The translations under genes were made by a program, and so were the position numbers. Below, one piece after another: positions 49,704 through 57,427 of a stretch of DNA of 64,000 nucleotides (its first letter is position 1; every line of letters starts with the position of its first letter). Under the pieces are notes generated by a model. It was not told the DNA's origin, ran no database searches, and saw only the letters and a program-made list of their open reading frames with translations. Source of the stretch: Paracoccaceae bacterium (GTDB taxonomy: Bacteria; Pseudomonadota; Alphaproteobacteria; Rhodobacterales; Rhodobacteraceae); assembly GCA_019429405.1 (NCBI GenBank), contig JAHYIZ010000001.1:44035-108034 (forward strand), given 5' to 3'.

Positions 49704-50644
49704 CCGCGCGTCCTAAGGCGCGGGTCAACGGCGGCATAGGCGAGGTCGGTCAGGAATGTCACCAGAATGACCGCGAAAACGAGAATCATCACTACCGATT
49801 CCACCACGATCAGGTCGCGCTGGGTGATCGCCTGAAAGATCAGCCGCCCGAGGCCCGGAATGTAGAACACGTTTTCAATGATGATCGCGCCCGCCAGCAA
49901 AAACGAAAACTGCATGCCCAGAATTGTCAGCACCGGAATCATCGCATTGCGCAGCGCGTGGCGCACCAGCGCCTGCGAGCCGGTCAGCCCCTTGGCGCGC
50001 GCGGTTCGGATATAGTCTTGCCCCAAGGTCTCGATCAGTGCCGAGCGCAGCACCCGCGCCAAAATCGCCGCTTGCGGCAGGGCCAGCGCCACGGATGGTA
50101 ATACCAGCGCGCGAACCGCCATCAGCGGGTCACTCCAACCGGGAAAGCCCCCCGCCGGGAGAATCCGCCAATTGAGCGCGAAGGCCAGCACCAGAAGCAT
50201 CGCGAACCAGAAGTTCGGCACCGCGATGCCCAGTTGCGTGCCCCCCATTACCGCGTAATCCGGCCAGCGCCCGCGCCGCGATGCTGCCAGCAACCCCACT
50301 GGCACCGCGATCAGCGTTGACAGCAGCAGCGCCAGCCCCGCCAGCGGCAGCGAAATCAGAAGCCGGGCCTGCACGAGGTCGGCCACTGGCACCTTGTAGG
50401 TGTAGGAAATGCCAAAATCGCCGGTCACCATTCCGGCCAACCAGTTCGCATAGCGGACAGGCAGAGACACGTTCAGCCCAAGGCTCTCGCGCAGCGCCGC
50501 CACCGTGTCGGGTGCTGCGTTCATGCCCAGCATATAGGCTGCAGGGTCGCCGGGGATCACCTCGATCACCGCGAAAATCACCAGTGACGCCGCCAGCAGG
50601 CTCGCCACGAGTGAAAGCAACCGCTTGATGATGTATCGCGTCAT
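49700..50644 (-). CDS. ABC transporter permease (DppB/OppB-like)
   Basis: Trimmed to MTRYIIKRLLSLV, the canonical N-terminus of this family. Confidence 0.88.
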   Translation of the reverse strand: MTRYIIKRLLSLVASLLAASLVIFAVIEVIPGDPAAYMLGMNAAPDTVAALRESLGLNVSLPVRYANWLAGMVTGDFGISYTYKVPVADLVQARLLISLPLAGLALLLSTLIAVPVGLLAASRRGRWPDYAVMGGTQLGIAVPNFWFAMLLVLAFALNWRILPAGGFPGWSDPLMAVRALVLPSVALALPQAAILARVLRSALIETLGQDYIRTARAKGLTGSQALVRHALRNAMIPVLTILGMQFSFLLAGAIIIENVFYIPGLGRLIFQAITQRDLIVVESVVMILVFAVILVTFLTDLAYAAVDPRLRTRG

Positions 50645-50866
50645 CTGACCCCCGTTTCGCGGCAGGCTAGACGCGATGCGCGGCCAGGTCCAGTGCCGCC
50701 GGTGGCGGCGCCTGTTGCGAAACCGCACGGGTTGCGCGCTAAAACGGGTAGCTTTTGCCGCGCCGCAACTGCGAGGGCTTGACGGCGGCCACCGCAGCGG
50801 GCCCAGATGCTGAGGGCCTCGGCTAGAGGCGGATTTATACGATTTTTCGCTTCTGCAGGAGCCGTA

Positions 50867-51688
50867 GTGTCCAAATCAACCCATTTTCCGTTGCGCGCGG
50901 CAGTTGCGCTTTGTCTTGGTTTCAGCCTCGCGGCATGTGGCGATCAGGGTCCTGAGGTCACGCGCGGGCTGCCGCTGGAATATTCGGCCCGGCAAGACGG
51001 CGAAACGGTCATTCCGGCGGTTAGCCCCGCTTACCTCAATGAACGTAACCGCCGCCAATGGGTCGAATACTCCGGGCCGGAACCCGTCGGGTCGCTGGTG
51101 GTGGACCCCTATGCGCGTTTTCTCTACCACATCTATGAGCCGGGCCGCGCCATGCGTTTCGGTATTGCGGTGGGGCGCGAAGGGCGCGGCTTTCGTGGCA
51201 CCGCAACGGTGCTGCGGCGCGAAGAATACCCCTACTGGACCCCGACGGCCAACATGGTCCGGCAAGAACCCGAAATCTATGCGGCACTTGCGGCCGGGCT
51301 TCCCGGCGGGCTTGACAACCCGCTCGGTGCCCGCGCGCTCTACCTCTACCGGGATGGCGTCGATACCATGTACCGCATCCACGGCACCATGGACCCGTCG
51401 TCAATCGGCAAGGCCACGTCTGCTGGCTGTATCCGGCTGTTCAACCAGGACATCGTCGACCTGTTCGACGAATCGGGGCTTGGCATGAAGGTAAAGGTCA
51501 GAAGCCCCGAGGAAAGTCTGGCGATGGAGGGGCCGGTGGTTGAGCTTTCCACAGGCTATCTCGTGTCAGCCTCTGATACCGCGGCCATTGAGGCCGACAA
51601 AAAGGCGGCCGCTGCGGCCGCCGAAGCCGCTGCCCGCGCCGCAGCGGCTGCAGTTGCAGGGTCCGCCACGATCGCGACCGCAGGCTGA
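50867..51688 (+). CDS. L,D-transpeptidase (YkuD domain) lipoprotein
   Basis: AGGAG at 50856-50860, then a GTG at 50867. Lipobox FSLAACG, catalytic block YRIHGT...SAGCIRL and an Ala-rich C-terminal tail. Confidence 0.82.
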   Translation: MSKSTHFPLRAAVALCLGFSLAACGDQGPEVTRGLPLEYSARQDGETVIPAVSPAYLNERNRRQWVEYSGPEPVGSLVVDPYARFLYHIYEPGRAMRFGIAVGREGRGFRGTATVLRREEYPYWTPTANMVRQEPEIYAALAAGLPGGLDNPLGARALYLYRDGVDTMYRIHGTMDPSSIGKATSAGCIRLFNQDIVDLFDESGLGMKVKVRSPEESLAMEGPVVELSTGYLVSASDTAAIEADKKAAAAAAEAAARAAAAAVAGSATIATAG

Positions 51689-51775
51689 GCCATCGGGCGC
51701 CGCGCCCGCAGGCCCTGCCCCAAACGAAATCCCCGCCGGGTGCGGTGGCACCCGGCGGGGATGTTTCAGGCCCGA

Positions 51776-53584
51776 TCAGTGCGCCTCAAGATCGTGCAGG
51801 TACCGCAGATAGGCCGCGACCAGATCGACATCTTCCTTGGGCACGCCAAGATCGATCATCTCGGCAATGCTCGACAGCGCGTTCAAAATCAGCACCGGGT
51901 CCTTGCCGCGGATATCGGGGCCGAGTTCACCCTGCGCATCGATGCCGTGGCAGGCAGCACAGCCGATGCCGCCCGCTGTTTCCTCAAAGATCACCTTGCC
52001 AGCCTCGGCTTCGGGAGAAAGGCTCGGGTCAAGCCGTGGCGCAGGTTCCGCCGCAGCGGGGGCCGCAGGTTCCGCGGCCGGGGCACTGGCGGGTTGCGCC
52101 GCATCGGCGGGGGCCGGGCCCCAGCGCACGGCTGTCAGATCGTTGGCCTGTGTGGGCGAGTTTTCCCACAGACCGCTCAGCTCGGCATTGGCAACGCCGG
52201 TCTTGGCAAGCTGGAACAGGTAGCCGTTCACATAGTCCTTTGCGATCATCTCTTGCGCCTGACGCAAGAGTTCTGACCGCGCGGCGGCGTCGGTTGTAAC
52301 CTTGAGCCGGTCCAGCAGTGCTACAAAATCGGGCCGCGCATACTGGAAGTAGTAGTCGGGCCGGGCGTAGATATCGATATCCATCGGCTCGGTATGGCTG
52401 ACGATAGTCAGGTCAAAATCCTTGCCGCGGAACACCTGCTCCAGCCACTGAGCCCATTCCATGTTGGTGATCTCGGTCTCGATCCCAACCGCCCGCAGTT
52501 CGGCCGCGATAATCTCGCCGCCGCGCCGCGCATAGGTTGGCGGCGGCAGCGCAAGGCGCAGCTTGATGCCGCTCAAGCCCGCATCGGCGAGGATCTTCTT
52601 CGACAGATCAGGATCGTAGTTGGAGAGTCCGGTCAGATCGACATAGTCCGGGTTGTGCGGTGCAAAATGGGTTCCGATCGGTGTGCCATAGCCGAACATG
52701 GCGCCGTCGATAATGTCCTGACGGTTGATCGCATGGGCGATCGCCTCGCGCAGCTTGATGTTGTCGAGCGGCGCAAGTTTGTTGTTCATCGCCAGAATCG
52801 TCTCGCCCTCGGTCGAGCCGACAATGACATTAAAGCGCGGATCAGCGGCCAGCTGCGGCAGCGTTTCGGGCGCCGGGAAGTTCGGGAAGGCATCGACATC
52901 ACCCGACATCATCGCGGCAAAGGCCGCAGTCGGGTCGGAAATGAAGCGGAAGGTGGCTTTTTCCAGCGCCGGTTTGCCGCCCCAATAGTTAGCGTTGGCG
53001 TTCAGCGTTACATGGTCGCCCTGCACCCACTCTGCAAACACGAACGGCCCGGTGCCAACCGGATTGGTGGCCAGGTTCGCCGCTGATTCCGGGGCTACGA
53101 TCACCGCGTCACCCCAGGCCATCTTCCAGTCAAAGGCACCATCGGCGGCCGACAGTCTGACCACTACCTGCTGCGGACTGGCGGCCTCGACCGACTCGAT
53201 CCCCTCAAACAGCGCCTTTTGCGCGTTGGTGCTCGCCGGGTCGCGGGCGCGGTCGAGGCTGAACTTCACGTCTTGGGCGTCAAAACTGGTGCCGTCATGA
53301 AAGGTCACCCCCGAGCGCAGGTTGAAGGTCCAGACCTTGCCATCAGAGGAAACGCTCCAGCTTTCGGCAAGCCCAGGGCGCACCGCGCCATCGGGGCCAA
53401 AGCGGGTCAACCCTTCGAAGACGTTGGCATAAACCACCTCGTCGATGGCTGCGGCAGCGCCCGCGGTCGGGTCAAGGTTCGGCGGCTCCAGAACCATGCC
53501 CACGGTGATGACATCGGGTGCGGCCCATGCCATGCCGGTGCTCAGCAGCAGCGCGGCAAGCGCGGGGTTGAACAGTTTCCTCAT
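51776..53584 (-). CDS. family-5 (peptide/nickel type) ABC substrate-binding protein fused to a C-terminal cytochrome c domain
   Basis: Trimmed to MRKLFNPALAALLLSTGMAWA (signal peptide). About 500 aa of SBP_bac_5-like sequence, an Ala/Pro linker, then a roughly 75-aa module GKVIFEETAGGIGCAACHGIDAQGELGPDIRGK...AEM. Confidence 0.8.
   Translation of the reverse strand: MRKLFNPALAALLLSTGMAWAAPDVITVGMVLEPPNLDPTAGAAAAIDEVVYANVFEGLTRFGPDGAVRPGLAESWSVSSDGKVWTFNLRSGVTFHDGTSFDAQDVKFSLDRARDPASTNAQKALFEGIESVEAASPQQVVVRLSAADGAFDWKMAWGDAVIVAPESAANLATNPVGTGPFVFAEWVQGDHVTLNANANYWGGKPALEKATFRFISDPTAAFAAMMSGDVDAFPNFPAPETLPQLAADPRFNVIVGSTEGETILAMNNKLAPLDNIKLREAIAHAINRQDIIDGAMFGYGTPIGTHFAPHNPDYVDLTGLSNYDPDLSKKILADAGLSGIKLRLALPPPTYARRGGEIIAAELRAVGIETEITNMEWAQWLEQVFRGKDFDLTIVSHTEPMDIDIYARPDYYFQYARPDFVALLDRLKVTTDAAARSELLRQAQEMIAKDYVNGYLFQLAKTGVANAELSGLWENSPTQANDLTAVRWGPAPADAAQPASAPAAEPAAPAAAEPAPRLDPSLSPEAEAGKVIFEETAGGIGCAACHGIDAQGELGPDIRGKDPVLILNALSSIAEMIDLGVPKEDVDLVAAYLRYLHDLEAH
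51947..51961 (-). other. CxxCH haem c attachment motif (CAACH)
   Basis: The reverse complement of 51947-51961 is TGT GCT GCC TGC CAC, in frame with the SBP gene. Confidence 0.8.
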
Positions 53585-53728
53585 TTTCCATCTCCCTGAT
53601 TGGCCCAAAGCTTGTTCGCCTCTCGTCGAGCGCATGATTGCCGCGATGCACCCGACGATCAAGCCCATTGCACGTCTTCACTAATTCGTCAGCGCTTATA
53701 CCCCCCGGCGAAGCGGGACTTGCGGCAT

Positions 53729-55015
53729 TCACCCTGCCAGCAATTCCGCCAGCACCAGCGCCATCACGCGGGCGCTGTCGGCCATGTCATCGACGCCCAC
53801 CCATTCGTCGGGCTGGTGCGCAAGGTCGAGCACGCCGGGCCCGTAGGCGATGCAGTTCTTCAGCCGCCCGATGCGGTCGATGTGCTTCTGGTCATAGGTG
53901 CCGGGCGAAACCACATAGCGCGCCTCGCGCCCCAGCACCCGCTCGATTGCCGCAGCGGTGGTGCGCACGATGGGAGCCTCGCGGTCGGTCATGCTCGGCT
54001 GCACCTCGAACATGTCGCGCACTTCGTAGCTGAAGGTCGGGCGCTCGGCCTTCACGCGCTCCAAAAGCGCGCTCACTTCTCGCTTCACCTCGGCCAGATC
54101 TTCCTCGATCAGAAAGCGGCGGTCGATGATGATGCGGCAACGGTCTGCCACGCAGGCCGCCGGCATCCCGGTATAGCCCTCGGGCAACTCGTCCTGCCCG
54201 CCATGGATCGAGTTGATGTTCAGCGTCGATTGCCGCGCCCCTTCGGGGATCACTGGCATCGCCGTGGTTTTGCCCGCCAGCAGCGGGTAAAGTGTCGCCT
54301 CGATTTCCGCCAGCACCGCCCCCATGTGGCGGATTGCCGAATCGCCCAGAAACGGCATCGAGCCATGCGCGATGCGGCCCTTGGTCTCGATCTCGGCCCA
54401 CCATACGCCACGATGGCCAAGGCAGATACGGTCCTTGTGCAAGGGTTCGGGGATGATGACGTGCTGCACCCGCTCGGGCGCGAACCAGCCCTTTTCCGCC
54501 AGATAGGCCACCCCGCCGAAGCCGCCCGATTCTTCATCCGCAGTGGCCGAAATCTCGATGGCGCCGCGCCAGTCAGGGCAGGCAGCGACGAAGGCCTCAC
54601 AGGCGATGATGCTGGCCGCCAGCCCGCCCTTCATGTCGCATGATCCGCGCCCATAGATGCGCCCGTCGGCCAGTTCGCCGCCAAAGGGGTCGCGCGTCCA
54701 GCCGTGGCCGACCTCGACCACATCGTGATGGCTGTTGAAATGCACACAGTCGCCGGGCGCTGCACCTTCGCGCCGCGCAATCAGGTTCCAGCGCGGAAAT
54801 TGCTCGCTGTCGCCGGGGGCACCGTGGGCGCGCACCATGTGAATGGCAAAGCCCTGCGGTTCCAGCCTCGCAGCCAGATAGTCGCAAATGTCACGATAGT
54901 GCAGCCCCGGCGGGTTCAGCGTGGGAATGCGGATCAGATCTTGTGTCAGCGCGATCAACTGCGCGCGGCGAGCGGCGATTTCGGCGTAAATGTGGGGTGC
55001 GTTGTCCATCGTCAA
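53729..55015 (-). CDS. M20-family metallopeptidase (ArgE/DapE/ACY1-like)
   Basis: 428 aa. Contains NSHHDVV, GRGSCDMKGG and ATADEESGG. Confidence 0.85.
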   Translation of the reverse strand: MTMDNAPHIYAEIAARRAQLIALTQDLIRIPTLNPPGLHYRDICDYLAARLEPQGFAIHMVRAHGAPGDSEQFPRWNLIARREGAAPGDCVHFNSHHDVVEVGHGWTRDPFGGELADGRIYGRGSCDMKGGLAASIIACEAFVAACPDWRGAIEISATADEESGGFGGVAYLAEKGWFAPERVQHVIIPEPLHKDRICLGHRGVWWAEIETKGRIAHGSMPFLGDSAIRHMGAVLAEIEATLYPLLAGKTTAMPVIPEGARQSTLNINSIHGGQDELPEGYTGMPAACVADRCRIIIDRRFLIEEDLAEVKREVSALLERVKAERPTFSYEVRDMFEVQPSMTDREAPIVRTTAAAIERVLGREARYVVSPGTYDQKHIDRIGRLKNCIAYGPGVLDLAHQPDEWVGVDDMADSARVMALVLAELLAG

Positions 55016-55155
55016 AGGCTAGCGCCGCCGCCCGCCCCCCGCAACCGAAAGCGGTGGCGCGAGAACGCGGATTTCGGTAGCTTTTCGAGCGACGGCTCTG
55101 GAAACACGCGGTTGCGCACACCAGATTGTGAAGGTCTTTAACATTGGAGGCAGGG

Positions 55156-56232
55156 ATGCCGAGTTTTGAGGCGCAGATCGAGGAAAGCCAGAAGCAGGTG
55201 GCCGAAACCCAGGCCCGCATGGCCGCGCTGACGTCGCGGATCGAGTCGGCGCGGGTGAAAGCCGAGGCCGGGCAGGACATTACTCTGGATATCGAAAACG
55301 CGACGCTGGCCGATGTGCAGGCGCATGCCGACCTGATGAACGCCAACATCGCCGAGCTGATCATGGGGCTAGACGATGTGACCGCGGGCTTTTCGCGCGA
55401 TTTCGACCAGATGCGCTCCAAGACCGGCTGGGAAAGCTTTGTTGGTGTGTTCGCGCGCGGCAAATCCGAAGCGATGCGGCAGGAACGCCTGCGCAGCGCC
55501 AGTATTGACGCCAAGCTGCAAGACCTGATCGGCAAGTCAGACGTGATCGTGCGGCTGCTGGAAGGCCAACTTGCCGAGTTGAACACGCAAAAGGCGCGCG
55601 TCGAAAGCAACCTGACCGATACGCTGGCTGACCGCGAGGCGACTGTGGCCGCGCTCGAAGGTGTGCGCGCCGAGATCGCGGCGCTTGACCCCAAGATCAT
55701 TGAGCTTGAAAACCGCATCGCGGTCGAACAAGACGCGGCAGCCCGCACCCGGCTGGAAACGGAACTGGCCGATTTGAACGTGCGTCACAACGCGTTGGTG
55801 CAGGACGAACAGGTGAAACTGGCCAAAAGCCAGACGCTGGAACGCTACATCGAAAAGGGCAAGACCTGGGTGGACAGTCTGCAAAATCAGGCCGCCACGC
55901 AGATGGTGCTGATCAACAAGCTGCAGACCGACACCAAGCAGCGGGTCGTGCTTTACGACGCGCTGACCAAAAGCTTGAAGACCGCGCAGCAGCAGGACGT
56001 GGCGCACCGCATCAACGAAATCGGCGTGCAGACCGATCAAGAGGCGCAGACCGCAATGGCGGGCATTGGTGCGGCCACCAACCAGCGCATGGCCGAAATG
56101 CTGGAAGCCCACGAGGGGCATATGGTTTTCGCCCGCAAGGTGCTGGAACAAAAGGCCAAGGCCGACGAACGCTTTGCCCGTCGCTTTGCCGCGATTGTCG
56201 AGAAACACGACAAGAACCTCTATGGCGGCTGA
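55156..56232 (+). CDS. coiled-coil protein, possibly TelA/YaaN-like (system gene A)
   Basis: GGAGG at 55146-55150, then the ATG at 55156. 358 aa, all-helical with heptad-rich sequence and no TM helix. The TelA-like call is low-confidence and from memory. Confidence 0.7.
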   Translation: MPSFEAQIEESQKQVAETQARMAALTSRIESARVKAEAGQDITLDIENATLADVQAHADLMNANIAELIMGLDDVTAGFSRDFDQMRSKTGWESFVGVFARGKSEAMRQERLRSASIDAKLQDLIGKSDVIVRLLEGQLAELNTQKARVESNLTDTLADREATVAALEGVRAEIAALDPKIIELENRIAVEQDAAARTRLETELADLNVRHNALVQDEQVKLAKSQTLERYIEKGKTWVDSLQNQAATQMVLINKLQTDTKQRVVLYDALTKSLKTAQQQDVAHRINEIGVQTDQEAQTAMAGIGAATNQRMAEMLEAHEGHMVFARKVLEQKAKADERFARRFAAIVEKHDKNLYGG

Positions 56233-57352
56233 ACTGGACCTGACCCGCGACCACAAGCGGCTGGAGGATGACCTTGCCGCGCGGCGCTATTTTGCCAAGT
56301 TTGACCGCATCACCCGACTACTGGTCGCTGTCGCGGGCGCGATGGAGGCCGACCGCACGCTGAGCCGCCTCGATACCGGCGTGCTTTCGGGCTATGTGAA
56401 CGCGATTGCCGCCAGCTTTCGCGCGCTGTCGCTCAAATACCTGATTTCGGGCCGGATCGGCGGGTTGCTGGCAAAGCATCTGACCATTGATCTGCATGAA
56501 AGCGGCTTTCCGATCTATCAGGAGCTGGCGACCATGGCCAACGATGCCGCGCAGGCCACGCAGCATCTGCGCGGCATGGCCGAGGCCGAGGCGCTGAAAG
56601 ACGAGATGCTGCGCGAGATCCTCGGCCAGCGCGCGCTGCCGACCAAACTGCAATATGCCCTGAGTCAACGGCTCTATTACGAGGCTTTGGGCAAAGGCGG
56701 CCTGTTCTGGCCGCAGATGCACCCTTCGGCGCAATGGCTGGCCGACCTTCCCAAGGGGCGGCGCAGCTATTTGCTGCACTGGGCGGTTTATGACAGCCAG
56801 TTGAACGTGCCTGTGGTCTATTTGCTGGAGGCCGAAGACAGCGGCCGCAAGGCGCTGCCGCTTGATCAGGGGCGCTGGCCGCAGGTGCAGGCGCATCTGC
56901 TGGCACAATCGGTGGGCGGGTTGAAGCTGGTCACGATTGCCAAGGGGCTGGATGCCGATTTCGACAACCTGCACCCCAAACGGCTGCGCCGCATCCACCT
57001 CGGCCCGATGTATTCGAGCGCCTACACATTGCAAACCGGACCGATCCGCGAAGTGCTGGAAGACGCCCGCGCCCCCGAGGGTGAGGATTGGGCCTTGGCC
57101 TGGGCGCTGGAGGAGCTGGAAAGCGAGCGCGTCGAGGTGGATAAGGGCTGGTTTTTGGAGAGTGAGCGGCAGGTGTTCCGGCTCGACCCCTTTGGCGGGC
57201 GCGGGGTCGATCTGGGGGCAACCCGGCTTGCGCGCTCGATCATCCTGCCACAGCGCCCGTTTCAGGTGTTGGCCGAAAAAGACCCCGAGGGATTTCGTGA
57301 TGTGCGCAAATTCGTGGTCGGGCGCGAGGGGCGGGTGCTGGTTTACGGTTAG
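56222..57352 (+). CDS. hypothetical protein (system gene B)
   Basis: Its ATG lies inside the last codons of gene A (ATGGCGGCTGA, 11-nt overlap). 376 aa with sensible composition and no motif recognised. Confidence 0.65.
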   Translation: MAAELDLTRDHKRLEDDLAARRYFAKFDRITRLLVAVAGAMEADRTLSRLDTGVLSGYVNAIAASFRALSLKYLISGRIGGLLAKHLTIDLHESGFPIYQELATMANDAAQATQHLRGMAEAEALKDEMLREILGQRALPTKLQYALSQRLYYEALGKGGLFWPQMHPSAQWLADLPKGRRSYLLHWAVYDSQLNVPVVYLLEAEDSGRKALPLDQGRWPQVQAHLLAQSVGGLKLVTIAKGLDADFDNLHPKRLRRIHLGPMYSSAYTLQTGPIREVLEDARAPEGEDWALAWALEELESERVEVDKGWFLESERQVFRLDPFGGRGVDLGATRLARSIILPQRPFQVLAEKDPEGFRDVRKFVVGREGRVLVYG

Positions 57353-57410
57353 GCCGGGGCAAAGCCGGGGGTTTTCCACCCCCGGACCCCCGGAGGGTAT
57401 TTGGACAAAG
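57353..57410 (+). repeat. GC-rich dispersed intergenic repeat, copy 5 (inside the operon)
   Basis: GGCCGGGGCAAAGCCGGGGGTTTTCCACCCCCGGACCCCCGGAGGGTATTTGGAC. It contains a CCGGGGG/CCCCCGG hairpin at 57365-57385. Confidence 0.6.
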
Positions 57411-57427
57411 AAGAAGCAGAGGTTTTC

